Of a DNA stretch of 64,000 nt, positions 41,405 through 50,960 are shown piece after piece. The notes under the pieces were generated by a model. It ran no database searches. It was given only the letters and a program-made list of their open reading frames with translations, and was not told the origin of the DNA. Within the stretch, counting starts at the first letter, position 1. Every line of letters begins with the position of its first letter. A program made the translations under genes and the position numbers. Source of the DNA: a virus; the IMG/VR virus record IMGVR_UViG_3300028920_000039, positions 71,047 through 135,046 of that record. One strand, 5' to 3'.

Positions 41405-42091
41405 ATGAAGGTAGTTGAGATCTTTGAAACGATTCAAGGGGAAGGAATCTATACAGGGGCAATAACAACATTCATTCGGTTTGCAGGCTGTTCTTTGCAA
41501 TGTGATTCGTGTGACACCAAGTACAGCTGGAACCATAAGGACAAGGAGGATGTAGGGGTCCCTTACATTGTGGACCAGATTCAGAAGATCTCCCCTAATC
41601 CACGCCATATCTGCATTACAGGAGGCGAACCACTTGAGCAGCCGCAAGAAGAGGTTTTTAGCCTGTTACAAGCTCTCTTCACATGGCATGGTGTCAGCCA
41701 ACTGCAAAGCATCGTCATTGAAACCAACGGCTCTCAGGACATCACATGGCTTTTCAACAAACCGTTTCGGCGCATCACATCTTTGTCAGTAGACTTCAAG
41801 CTACCCAGTACAGGCAAGACTGATAAGATGCTCACTGACGATTTCAAATACTTGGAGCCGACTGATCTCATCAAGTTCGTCTGCGCTGGTGAGTGTGACT
41901 TCCAGTATGCACTGAGGGTGCTTAGTGTCTTGAAGGACTTTGACACTTGTCGTCCGGTGGTTCTGTTTCATTCTCTTGGTGGTGGGGTGAACGGTTGGTT
42001 GCCACAGTTGGTGTTGGACAATCGGAACCTGATCGAGTTTTTCGATGTCAGGACTAATGTCCAGCTCCATAAGTTGTTCGAGGTAAGGTAA
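41405..42091 (+). CDS. queE: 7-carboxy-7-deazaguanine synthase (radical SAM)
   Basis: 'EIFETIQGEG...FIRFAGCSLQCDSCDT', 'ITGGEPL', 'ETNGS', 'QLHK'. Confidence 0.95.
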   Translation: MKVVEIFETIQGEGIYTGAITTFIRFAGCSLQCDSCDTKYSWNHKDKEDVGVPYIVDQIQKISPNPRHICITGGEPLEQPQEEVFSLLQALFTWHGVSQLQSIVIETNGSQDITWLFNKPFRRITSLSVDFKLPSTGKTDKMLTDDFKYLEPTDLIKFVCAGECDFQYALRVLSVLKDFDTCRPVVLFHSLGGGVNGWLPQLVLDNRNLIEFFDVRTNVQLHKLFEVR

Positions 42092-42103
42092 GGAGGGGTC
42101 GTC

Positions 42104-42400
42104 ATGCAAGACGTGTTATTGGCAAGGATGTTTTTCAGGGTTGGCGGGGATAACTTGCATATCGAAACGAGGCCGCTGAAGTGGATCGAGTTCGTTTCAG
42201 CAGAAGACCTGGCAAGTCAGATGGTTTCTGATGAATCCCGGGATGAGTTTATCGAGCAGGTTGACAGGAGGACACAAGGGGGCAAAGAGGTTTTCATTGC
42301 CATCACAGACAATCTTCTAGGGGTACAGATGTTCAGAGGCACATTCAACAATGTCAGACAAGACAGAAAGCACAGCCACGCTCGTCGGGACCCTCGATAG
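42104..42400 (+). CDS. hypothetical protein
   Basis: SD AGGAGG, ORF. Confidence 0.6.
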   Translation: MQDVLLARMFFRVGGDNLHIETRPLKWIEFVSAEDLASQMVSDESRDEFIEQVDRRTQGGKEVFIAITDNLLGVQMFRGTFNNVRQDRKHSHARRDPR

Positions 42401-43235
42401 CGGCCTGCCTTACAAGCTCCAAGTTCCTGTTACGGCTTTGGAGAAGCTAGTTCTTGGCGAAAGATGGAGAGGTTCAGTAGTTCTGCTGCCTGGGGAGCAG
42501 AACGGGTCTTCTCGTCGACAAAGGGCTATCCAAGAACAGCAGAGGGAGAAGGGCCGCTACAACAATGTGGTTAGGGCCACAGTTGATGAGAGGAAAGTGA
42601 TTCGAGCTTGGAATCGCAGTCGCTACATTCGAAGCCAAGCCTCCAAAGAAGATCGGGAGTCCAGAAACCACCCTTTGACTTTTCGCAAGATAGCCAGTTC
42701 TTTGCCTTTGGTTCGTAAGGCACTTAGGACAGTGGGGCTTGCTCCTATTATTCGCAACATGGAAACTTACTTTGACTTTTGCTCCACTGGTGGTCACATC
42801 TGGGACGGACAGAATCATGGCTACAAGACGGTGACAGGTTTCTTGGAAAAGTTGATTGCTCTCCACAAAGAGGGCAAGCAACCTTGGTGGGACACTCGTG
42901 ATACTCCTCGCAGGGTCATTAATGATGACAATGCACGTCTGACAAACAGGATCGCCAACTCCTTTGCGCAGACCTTCATGAATGAGGAGGAGTTTCCCCT
43001 AGAGGAAGGTAGCAAAGAACACCACCATTTCATGAAGACATCGCAACGAATGGTTGGGTTTATCAAGCGGAAAGGTCGACAAGGTGTGGAGTTGACACAG
43101 ACAGAAATGATACGAGCTTTGTTGGAGTTCGTAGAAGACCTGTTTGACAATGATCCGGTGTATCCGGCTCATTTGTCTTCCAGCTCTATTTGGTCGGCTT
43201 TGCCCCAGTTCCTGGAGGAAAAGGGACTGTTATGA
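42351..43235 (+). CDS. hypothetical protein (possible helicase loader/initiator by position)
   Basis: 294-aa ORF directly before the helicase; no recognised motif. Confidence 0.5.
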   Translation: MSDKTESTATLVGTLDSGLPYKLQVPVTALEKLVLGERWRGSVVLLPGEQNGSSRRQRAIQEQQREKGRYNNVVRATVDERKVIRAWNRSRYIRSQASKEDRESRNHPLTFRKIASSLPLVRKALRTVGLAPIIRNMETYFDFCSTGGHIWDGQNHGYKTVTGFLEKLIALHKEGKQPWWDTRDTPRRVINDDNARLTNRIANSFAQTFMNEEEFPLEEGSKEHHHFMKTSQRMVGFIKRKGRQGVELTQTEMIRALLEFVEDLFDNDPVYPAHLSSSSIWSALPQFLEEKGLL

Positions 43236-43245
43236 GAGATAGCTG

Positions 43246-44643
43246 ATGGGTGAGCGACAAGGGTTATCGGCGCATATACAGGATTCGATTGCATTCTTTG
43301 CGATCACTTCCTCCGCTTTTCTCAAACTGATTCGCACCTGTGTCCGTCCGGACATATTGACAACCGATGCCGTCTATCGTGTTATCAAAGCCTGCTACGT
43401 ATACTATGATTTAACTCGCCAAGCCCCCGGGGATCACATTGTCGATGTGCTGGAAGACGAGTTGAAGGGTGTGGACAAGTCCAAGAAAGAGCTCGTCTAT
43501 CACTTTATTGATCGTGTCAGCCAAATGCGAGCACCTAACATCGATTACGTCATTTCCAAGTTGTCTGAGTTCACCAAGACCCGTGAGTTTGAGATGGCAG
43601 CGGTTGACTTTGTCAGGCTAGTGGAGAGGGGGGAATTCACCAAGGCAGAGCTACGAATGCACAAAGCTTTGAAGGCAGGGGTGGAACGAGAGGACAAAGG
43701 CTGCGAGCATCTCATCGACCCTGATACTGAGGAGGATGTTGGGGAAGAGATTCTAACGATGGGGTTGAAACACTTCGACACTTTTCGCAAGTTCCATCGT
43801 GAAGAGCTGGTGTGCATCTTAGGAGGATACAAAGGTAAGAAGAGCTGGGCTTGTATTCACATCGGCCGACAAGCCTTGTTGAATGGTCTTAACGTCTTGC
43901 ATCTGTCACACGAGAATTCTTTGAAGGAGACTCGATGGAGATATGACAGGATGTTCGGCTCTCTTGCTAGCGAAGATTACTGGCCTGACCGTTTGGTTCC
44001 AGTACAGTATCTTGATGAGGCTACTGGACGATTGAGACAGAAGGAAATGCTTCGTCCGAATGTTCTCGACAGTGCTGCTCGAAAGCAAGCACGAAAGACC
44101 ATGCGTCGCTTCGGTGGACGGCTTATCATCAAGAAGTATCCTATGGGGTCTTGCGACATGCGAGAGGCTGAGAGGTTGCTTGACTATTTGGAACGGTATG
44201 AAAACTTCGTCCCCGATCTATTCATCAATGACTATCCGGATATCATGAAGCCTCTCGATGGTACCAAGCCGACCCGAGACCAGTTGAATGAGTCCTACAT
44301 CTATCACAAGCGATTGGTGGACGAGAGGAAGATGCTAGGGATTGTGCCATCGCAGGCTACTCGTGCAGCCATCAGATCCAAGAAGCTGACCATGAAAGAC
44401 TTCGCAGAGGACATCCGAAAGCTGGCAAATATTGACACAGCCATTGGGGTATGTCAGACAGATGTGCAGGCGGACATCGGTTTGGGAACGCTGTATGTGG
44501 TGGCTGCTCGGCGTGGCAAGATGGATTGCGGTTGTGGCATTGTCATGAATCTGGACGTGGGCCAGTTTGCGTCTGATAGCTTCCCGGTGAAACTCGGTGT
44601 CAGGGTGGCTGACGAAGAAGACGATAGTGATAGAGATGAGTGA
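43246..44643 (+). CDS. replicative helicase (DnaB-like, SF4)
   Basis: 'GGYKGKKSW' Walker A variant, 'LSHEN', 'FINDYPD', 'SQA', 'AEDIRK', 'AARRG'. Confidence 0.85.
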   Translation: MGERQGLSAHIQDSIAFFAITSSAFLKLIRTCVRPDILTTDAVYRVIKACYVYYDLTRQAPGDHIVDVLEDELKGVDKSKKELVYHFIDRVSQMRAPNIDYVISKLSEFTKTREFEMAAVDFVRLVERGEFTKAELRMHKALKAGVEREDKGCEHLIDPDTEEDVGEEILTMGLKHFDTFRKFHREELVCILGGYKGKKSWACIHIGRQALLNGLNVLHLSHENSLKETRWRYDRMFGSLASEDYWPDRLVPVQYLDEATGRLRQKEMLRPNVLDSAARKQARKTMRRFGGRLIIKKYPMGSCDMREAERLLDYLERYENFVPDLFINDYPDIMKPLDGTKPTRDQLNESYIYHKRLVDERKMLGIVPSQATRAAIRSKKLTMKDFAEDIRKLANIDTAIGVCQTDVQADIGLGTLYVVAARRGKMDCGCGIVMNLDVGQFASDSFPVKLGVRVADEEDDSDRDE

Positions 44644-46141
44644 AGTTACACAGGCTGAAGTCAAGTCGCTGACCCTGGATGATCTGGAATACATCTTCGG
44701 CGATAAGTATGCTTTCCAGACCACACCTCGAATACACCAGTATGCTTCCATTCTATGGGCTCTTTATCGTGGTGAGTCCATGTTTTTGCATGGGATAGGT
44801 ACCGGCAAGACGCTCACAGCTATCTATACTTCTCAGGTGTGGGATGTCGATAGGGTGCTGGTTGTTTGCCCCACTACTGTCATGAAGACTTGGTATGACC
44901 AGATTGAGGAGCATACCTCTTACACATATGCTCTGCTGCAGGGGGAAGGCAGAACCCGAAAGATGATTGTGGAGAATGATTTCTCCAAGTTTCACATCAT
45001 CAACTATGAAGGTCTCAGGACAGTGTGGGGTCGAAAGATTGACGCAGTGGAACGTGGTAAGAAGGGCAGCAAGTATGTGCCCGACCATGACGCAATCAAT
45101 CGATCACCATATGATTGTATCATCTGGGATGAGTTCCATCGTTTAAAGAGCTGGGGAGCTCTGCAGACGCAGATTTCGTATGCCTTGGCGCGCTATACCA
45201 ATAAACGTATCATGCTATCGGGCACACCCTTGGCCAAGTCGATACAGGATTTCTGGTCTGAGTTGATGATTCTAGATGATGGCAAGACCCTGGGCGATGA
45301 TCAGTTTGTCTTTTTGCATACATATATGCAGAGGATTGAGATGGAATCCAGGGGGCGCAAGTTCTATGAATGGTTCCCGAAGAAAGACGCCACTCAGAAG
45401 ATTATTGCGAAGGTTGCGCAGGTAGCTATTCGGTACGACGTGTCCGAATGCGCCGATCTGCCTGATCTAATAGAGCAAAAGCGAATGGTACAGCCCAGCG
45501 AGGAACAGCGGAAACTGCGCAACGCTATTGTTAATGATCTCAAGGAAGAGCTGGAAGAGGGCAAGATCAACCTGAAGAATGTCATCAACAAGTCCGCTAA
45601 GCTAGCGCAGATCAGTGGCGGCTTCTATTACGACGATGTAAAGCAGCCTGTATATCTCAAGACCAACCCGAAGGCCGACGAGCTGATTGAAATGCTCATG
45701 ACAGAGGTGCAAGGAAAGTGCATTGTCTATCACAATTTCATTCCTACAGGACGTCTGATAGAAGAGCGGTTGAGAAAGGCCAAGATCAAGTTCTGTTCAT
45801 TACGAGGTGAGGTGAAGAACAAAGCCAAGCAGATAAACCTGTTTCAGCATGATGAACGCTATAGAGTGATGGTCGCCCATCCGAAGAGCGGTGGTGAGGG
45901 GTTGAATTTCCAGGTGGCTAATGTCATCATCTTCTTTGAGCAGGTTTATTCAGGTTCTATCCTGCGTCCGCAGTGCATTGGCAGGATATGGAGATCCGGG
46001 CAGGAAGAACCTTGTGTAGTGGTTGACCTTTTGCAGGAAGGCAAGAGAGGGGACCTTTCCATCGATGAGAAGATCTTCTCATCTGCCAGGACTAAGAGGG
46101 ACCTGGCCAAGGAAATACTGGATTGGATCAGAGACAACTGA
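44636..46141 (+). CDS. SNF2-like SF2 helicase
   Basis: 'GTGKT', 'WDEFH', 'LSGTP', 'GGEGLNFQ', 'QCIGRIWRSGQ'. Confidence 0.92.
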   Translation: MSEVTQAEVKSLTLDDLEYIFGDKYAFQTTPRIHQYASILWALYRGESMFLHGIGTGKTLTAIYTSQVWDVDRVLVVCPTTVMKTWYDQIEEHTSYTYALLQGEGRTRKMIVENDFSKFHIINYEGLRTVWGRKIDAVERGKKGSKYVPDHDAINRSPYDCIIWDEFHRLKSWGALQTQISYALARYTNKRIMLSGTPLAKSIQDFWSELMILDDGKTLGDDQFVFLHTYMQRIEMESRGRKFYEWFPKKDATQKIIAKVAQVAIRYDVSECADLPDLIEQKRMVQPSEEQRKLRNAIVNDLKEELEEGKINLKNVINKSAKLAQISGGFYYDDVKQPVYLKTNPKADELIEMLMTEVQGKCIVYHNFIPTGRLIEERLRKAKIKFCSLRGEVKNKAKQINLFQHDERYRVMVAHPKSGGEGLNFQVANVIIFFEQVYSGSILRPQCIGRIWRSGQEEPCVVVDLLQEGKRGDLSIDEKIFSSARTKRDLAKEILDWIRDN

Positions 46142-46176
46142 CAAGATGGTTGTAAATATAAAGACAAGGAGGCAGT

Positions 46177-46467
46177 ATGTGGTGTGTTAGGTGTCATTAC
46201 GGAAGCGAAGTTTGTCAGTTTGAATCTGTGGGGGGTGGTCGAAAGAGCATTCAGCGACGATGCCCCCAGTGTGGTTTGGTATCGGCAGACCACCTTACCA
46301 AGTATCCGTTTTTACTCGGTACACGAACTCTTCATGGTACCAAAGGCGCTGAGAAACGACGCCCTCGTAGCAAGAAGATGACCCAAGATCAAGAGCTTAA
46401 GATAGACCAGGAACTGGACGAAGAGATTGAGAAGGCGAAGGAGGAGAAGGGTGGGCTGGTTCTGTAA
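46177..46467 (+). CDS. small zinc-ribbon protein
   Basis: 'CVRC...CPQC'; SD AGGAGG. Confidence 0.6.
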   Translation: MWCVRCHYGSEVCQFESVGGGRKSIQRRCPQCGLVSADHLTKYPFLLGTRTLHGTKGAEKRRPRSKKMTQDQELKIDQELDEEIEKAKEEKGGLVL

Positions 46468-46585
46468 ACACCGCTATGAGCCATACGCCGAAACTCGTGA
46501 AAGGATCGGCCCTGTCATTTTGAAGCGCTGGCTGGTGCTGCGGTGTGCCAAGTGCGGCAAGACCAAGAGAAAACGGATACAGTAG
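46451..46585 (+). CDS. 44-aa CxH...CxxC protein (not in the ORF track)
   Basis: SD GGAGGAG then GTG; MGWFCKHRY...CAKCGKTK; stop overlaps the next GTG. Confidence 0.6.
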   Translation: MGWFCKHRYEPYAETRERIGPVILKRWLVLRCAKCGKTKRKRIQ

Positions 46586-47760
46586 TGTTCAAGTCACTTC
46601 GAGTTCGTAACTTCCAATCACATGAAGACTCTATCCTTGAATTCCATAAAGGGTTGAATGTGATTGTTGGCTCTACCTTCTCAGGCAAGACAGCCCTCTT
46701 TCGCGCTATCTATTGGTTGTGGCAAAACCGTCCTACCACTACAGGCTTCATCAGAAAGGCTTCAGCTACCAAAGGCAAGAGAGGCGCTGATCGAATCGGT
46801 ACCGCTCAAGTTGATCTAGTGCTCCTGTCCGGAGACAAAGAGGTTGATGTGTCCCGCATTCGCGGTCATGAGGTGAATGAGTACATCTGTGGCGGGGAAA
46901 AGCATGGGGCTGTGGGCAAGAATGTGCCTGAGGAGGTGACCACTACACTCAACATTGGCGACATCAACATTCAGCGACAGAGAGAGTATCCCTTCCTGCT
47001 CTTCGACAGTCCCGGTCATGTAGCATCCACTTTCAATCGCTTCACCAATTTGGACAAGGTTGAAGCAGCTATTGGGGTGGTTTCGTCTGACATTCGCTCT
47101 AAGAAGCAAGCAAAGGCTACCGCCGAAAAGACCTCTGTTGACTTGAAAGAAAGGATTGCCGGCTTCTCCTATTTGAAGGATCTTGAAGAGCTGGTTGTGG
47201 CTGAGGAGGAGATTCTGGTTGAGATAGAGAAGGCTGATACTGTTTTTGAGACTCTCATCAGGTTATCAGACGAAGTAGCTCAGTCACAAACCAAGATTGC
47301 TGCTATTAGTGAGGATCTGCAGGTTGAGAAGGATGACGCCAAGAAAGCCCGTAAGAAGCTTGAGAAGGCCAAGGCGATCGATGAGAAACTGTCCGCTTGC
47401 CAGAAAGAGGCGGATCAGTTGTCTGATTGCCTACAGAGAGCCAATGATGCACTTAGCAGAATAGACGAGATCAAGGGTTCTCTGCCTGCTTGGAAGAAGG
47501 AGTTGGAACTCCAGAATGTTCTAGTAGAAATAGAGGAAGAGTTAGGCGCAAAGCAAGATTTGATCGGTAAGCTAGAAGATGTTCGAGATCAGTTGGCGAT
47601 TCTGGGTCCACAAATAGACGGGCGCAAAGACGACATTCATGGTCTGAAAGAGGAGCTTGCTGTAGCCAAGAAAGAGCTGAAGAAGGTTGATACCTGCCCT
47701 ATTTGCACGAGTAAGCTGACAACAGAGAAGAAGAAGATCATGCTGGAGAATCTCAAATGA
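46585..47760 (+). CDS. Rad50/SbcC (gp46-like) N-terminal half with zinc hook
   Basis: 'LRVRNFQSH', Walker A 'GSTFSGKT', Q-loop, coiled coil, ends 'CPIC'. Confidence 0.9.
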   Translation: MFKSLRVRNFQSHEDSILEFHKGLNVIVGSTFSGKTALFRAIYWLWQNRPTTTGFIRKASATKGKRGADRIGTAQVDLVLLSGDKEVDVSRIRGHEVNEYICGGEKHGAVGKNVPEEVTTTLNIGDINIQRQREYPFLLFDSPGHVASTFNRFTNLDKVEAAIGVVSSDIRSKKQAKATAEKTSVDLKERIAGFSYLKDLEELVVAEEEILVEIEKADTVFETLIRLSDEVAQSQTKIAAISEDLQVEKDDAKKARKKLEKAKAIDEKLSACQKEADQLSDCLQRANDALSRIDEIKGSLPAWKKELELQNVLVEIEEELGAKQDLIGKLEDVRDQLAILGPQIDGRKDDIHGLKEELAVAKKELKKVDTCPICTSKLTTEKKKIMLENLK

Positions 47761-48704
47761 AGTTGTTGTTGGTATCCGATATCCATTCACGGTACCTCCC
47801 TCCCGAAAACCGAACCGACGATTACTTCCAAGCCCTCCTAAACAAACTCCAGCAGATAGCAGAAATAGCCCGAAAGCATAGATGTCAGGCTTTATTGCAA
47901 GCAGGTGATTTATGGGATTCTCCTGAGCCTTCACGGTATGTTCAATCACAGGTGTTACTGACACTTCGAGAGATGGGGATTCCTATCTACACAGTTTTCG
48001 GTCAGCATGATATGGTGTTCCGCAACTGGAAAAACATCAATAGAACTGCCACTTACTTGCTTCAGTGTGCAGGTGTTTTGACGATTGTGGGGCTTGACGG
48101 TAAACCATATGAACTTGAAAAAGGCATTTGGGTTCATGGGCTGTCGTTTGAACAGGATTTCAACCTACCGAAACCGAAGAAAGAGGACTTCAACATCCTG
48201 ATAGCGCATGCTTCGGTAGGTACTCGTCCATTGTATCCGGGTCATGTGCTGCCTTCCCCGCGAGAATTCATTCACAAGCACCCAGGGTTCGACATGATGA
48301 TTGTGGGTGATATTCACTACACCTTCGAGGATAAGTTCAAAGGTTGTCAGATCTTCAATACTGGTTGCATCATGCGCAAGACGGTGAAGAAGGAGGATCT
48401 TGAGCACAAGCCTTGTGTATTTGTATACGACACTGACAACGGTGAGTATGAGAAGATTTTCCTGGATGTGAAGCCTTGGGAGGACATCTTCCACATACCT
48501 GACAAGCAGACTGAGGAAGCTGACAACAAGCTGCAGGAGTTCATCGATGCCATCCGTAATGAGAAGAAGCTGGCTGTTTCGTTTGAGGAGAATCAGCAAG
48601 CTTACTACAAGCAGCATAAGGTCAAGAAGAAGATACAGGAGATAATCGCCGACGCAATGGGTCGGGTAGGGATGTCGGAGAAAGAGAGGAAGGAAGTAGC
48701 ATGA
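47757..48704 (+). CDS. Mre11/SbcD (gp47-like) nuclease
   Basis: 'SDIH', 'AGDLWD', 'GQHD', 'GDIH', 'NTGC'. Confidence 0.93.
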   Translation: MKLLLVSDIHSRYLPPENRTDDYFQALLNKLQQIAEIARKHRCQALLQAGDLWDSPEPSRYVQSQVLLTLREMGIPIYTVFGQHDMVFRNWKNINRTATYLLQCAGVLTIVGLDGKPYELEKGIWVHGLSFEQDFNLPKPKKEDFNILIAHASVGTRPLYPGHVLPSPREFIHKHPGFDMMIVGDIHYTFEDKFKGCQIFNTGCIMRKTVKKEDLEHKPCVFVYDTDNGEYEKIFLDVKPWEDIFHIPDKQTEEADNKLQEFIDAIRNEKKLAVSFEENQQAYYKQHKVKKKIQEIIADAMGRVGMSEKERKEVA

Positions 48705-48952
48705 CAGATGTGAGGCAGTTGCAGGAGCGGATAGAAGGTCTTGAGTCGAAGATTGGTAAGTCAGAAACCGAGCTGGCTGAGCTGCAGGGTCGAGTCAAGG
48801 CTACCAAGGAGCAGATAAAGAAGGACTTCGACTGTGAGTCACTTGAAGAAGTGGAAGCCAAGCTTAAGAAGATTCGTAAGGAGAAGGAAGATTTGGAGGA
48901 CGAAAAAGCTGCCGTTCACGAAGAAATCGAGAAGCTACTACAAGGCAAATGA
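48701..48952 (+). CDS. coiled-coil protein (likely Rad50 return arm)
   Basis: 83-aa heptad-rich ORF between Mre11 and the Rad50 C-half. Confidence 0.65.
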   Translation: MTDVRQLQERIEGLESKIGKSETELAELQGRVKATKEQIKKDFDCESLEEVEAKLKKIRKEKEDLEDEKAAVHEEIEKLLQGK

Positions 48953-49551
48953 GCTATCGACAACTACTTACTGAAAAGCAGGCAGAGCTGAAGATCCTCA
49001 CTGAGCAGAAGGAGGAAGCCGATGCTCTTGTAGTCACCCTCGCTGTTGAGCTGGAAGAGCTAGCAGAAGCTCGTGAGGTGATGAATAACATTATGTTGGC
49101 TACCCAGGTCTCCATCAGTGATTACATTGAGAGCATTGTGGCTACAGCCCTGCAGGCGGTTCTCGGTGATGAGTATGGGTTCAAGATTGAGTACTCCATC
49201 AAGAGAGATCAGTCAGAAGCCCAGCCTTATATCACACGAAATGGTGAGCTCTACCATCCACGTGATGACTGTGCAGGTGGAGGGCAAGACATCGCCGCCT
49301 TTGGACTTCGAGTGGCTTGTTGGGCACTTGATGACAACCAGACTCAGAAGGTGTTGGTACTTGATGAACCTGGTACTGCTGTTAGTGTCGATATGATGCC
49401 GAAGTTTGGTGAGATGCTGAAAGCTACTTCTGAGCTATTGGACTTGCAAGTCATCATGATTTCTCATGATCCAGTGCTCATAGAATCGGCTGATAGAGCA
49501 TTCGAGGTCACTATCAAAGACGACGTTTCGTCCGTTGAGATCGTTGGTTAA
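48949..49551 (+). CDS. Rad50/SbcC C-terminal ATPase half
   Basis: ABC signature variant 'CAGGGQD', Walker B 'LVLDEPG', H-loop 'ISHD'. Confidence 0.9.
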   Translation: MSYRQLLTEKQAELKILTEQKEEADALVVTLAVELEELAEAREVMNNIMLATQVSISDYIESIVATALQAVLGDEYGFKIEYSIKRDQSEAQPYITRNGELYHPRDDCAGGGQDIAAFGLRVACWALDDNQTQKVLVLDEPGTAVSVDMMPKFGEMLKATSELLDLQVIMISHDPVLIESADRAFEVTIKDDVSSVEIVG

Positions 49552-49627
49552 GCCGGTGTAGCTCAGTTGGCAGAGCAGTTGATTTGTAATCAACTTGTCG
49601 GGGGTTCGATTCCCTTCGCCGGCTCCA
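49552..49627 (+). tRNA. tRNA-Thr (anticodon TGT), CCA encoded
   Basis: 76-nt cloverleaf: GCCGGTG acceptor, D-loop AGTTGGCA, anticodon stem GTTGA-TTTGTAA-TCAAC, TTCGA T-loop, 3' TCCA. Confidence 0.97.
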
Positions 49628-49640
49628 CAAGGAGGTCATC

Positions 49641-49975
49641 ATGGACCATGATGAAGCAAGAGACACTATCAAGAAAGGTGAGTACCATCCTGCAGCTGAT
49701 TCGGCGCTGCAGTTCATACAGTCAATACCCTACCTGAGTTGGTGATTTGGCAGGAGTCGTTTTCGTCTTGTGCTATTGAAGGAAATATGTTGGCTGAGAT
49801 TTGTTCGGGCACATTGTCGCGATTGATAAACCATAAACCCGTGAGTGATCGATATCTGTTGGGGCTTGCTTTTACGATCCTCAAGAACAACTACAACAAA
49901 CTCCAAGAGATTGCTGGCGACCTGACTGACCCTACCAATCAAGGCCGCTCAGCTTGTGATACAAGTGGCGGCTAA
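49641..49975 (+). pseudogene. small helical protein interrupted by a -1 frameshift near 49728-49730 (decay or sequence error)
   Basis: SD GGAGG then ATG 49641, stops at 49745. One extra C would join ...FIQSIP to LPELVIWQESFSSCAIEGN...DRYLLGLAF. Confidence 0.5.
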
Positions 49976-50882
49976 GAAGTACACATCAGACGACCTGCTC
50001 GATTTGCTTCATAACAAGTACAATCTCGGCAACGGTTACCTTGTGTTGAAGGAAGTCGGCAATGCCACAGGATGTGGCTGCAACAGACACGCAGATGCCA
50101 TCGTTTTCGGTATCTGGCCTTCGGTAGGTCTTAGGCGATCTGCATTTGAGATCAAGGTAGATCGAAGTGACTTCCTGCATGAAGTGCAACATCCTGACAA
50201 GAGTCAGTGGGCCAAGGATTGCTGTCATGAGTTCTGGTTTCTGACTCCTCCGGATGGTGTCATCAAAGATGTAAATGAGCTACCAGAGAACTGCGGTTGG
50301 ATGAAGCCAAGAGGTTCCGGGCTCACTATTGTCAGGGCTGCATCTGTGAAGGAGAAGCCTGACCTTGATGACGCCTACCTTGCTTCTTTTATCAGAGCAG
50401 CGGTGCAACAGATCCAAGGTCGCAAGACAGAGATCATTCAGAAGGCGATACATGATTCAGTCGAATTCAAGCAGGCTCGAGCTTGGGAAACGGCTTCCAA
50501 GAAGTTTCTGAATGAGCGAGGAGGAAGGGACTACCTGTACAAGGCTGATGAGATTTTTGAAGAGCTGTGCAAGGCGACACTTGACAAGTCCATGCAGAAA
50601 GACAAAGATCACATCATGCAAGTTCTGGACAATTTCAGGGACCACATGCTTCAAACGCTTGCAGTTTTCGGGCAGATAGCCTCACATTCCATCCTATCCA
50701 CCGACGAGCTAGGCAATCATATACTTGATGTATATGGATCTGCCAAAGATGAGAGTACTTTAGCGGCTCTCAAGGCTAAGCTCAAGAAGGTGAAGAAGAC
50801 TGACCGCTACACCAGGGACCAGCTGAATCGTAAGATACAGCTTCTGGAATTAGTCAGTGTTTTCAACCCTAAAGAAAAATAA
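49956..50882 (+). CDS. MmcB-like PD-(D/E)xK nuclease
   Basis: 'RHADAI...AFEIKVDRSDF...CHEFWFLTP...ELPENCG'. Confidence 0.8.
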   Translation: MIQVAAKKYTSDDLLDLLHNKYNLGNGYLVLKEVGNATGCGCNRHADAIVFGIWPSVGLRRSAFEIKVDRSDFLHEVQHPDKSQWAKDCCHEFWFLTPPDGVIKDVNELPENCGWMKPRGSGLTIVRAASVKEKPDLDDAYLASFIRAAVQQIQGRKTEIIQKAIHDSVEFKQARAWETASKKFLNERGGRDYLYKADEIFEELCKATLDKSMQKDKDHIMQVLDNFRDHMLQTLAVFGQIASHSILSTDELGNHILDVYGSAKDESTLAALKAKLKKVKKTDRYTRDQLNRKIQLLELVSVFNPKEK

Positions 50883-50901
50883 AAGAATCTTAATTTTTTT
50901 A

Positions 50902-50930
50902 TTGACTTCTAGGGAAGAATCATTTACAAT
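50902..50930 (+). promoter_or_regulatory. sigma70-type early promoter
   Basis: TTGACT-N17-TACAAT with an AT-rich UP element. Confidence 0.85.
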
Positions 50931-50960
50931 ACTTGTAACAATTAACAACGGAGGATGGAG

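Noticed and set aside
49552-49627. tRNA as an att site or prophage boundary
   Set aside because: No integrase or duplicated tRNA 3' end in the window, and phage-type genes continue on both sides.
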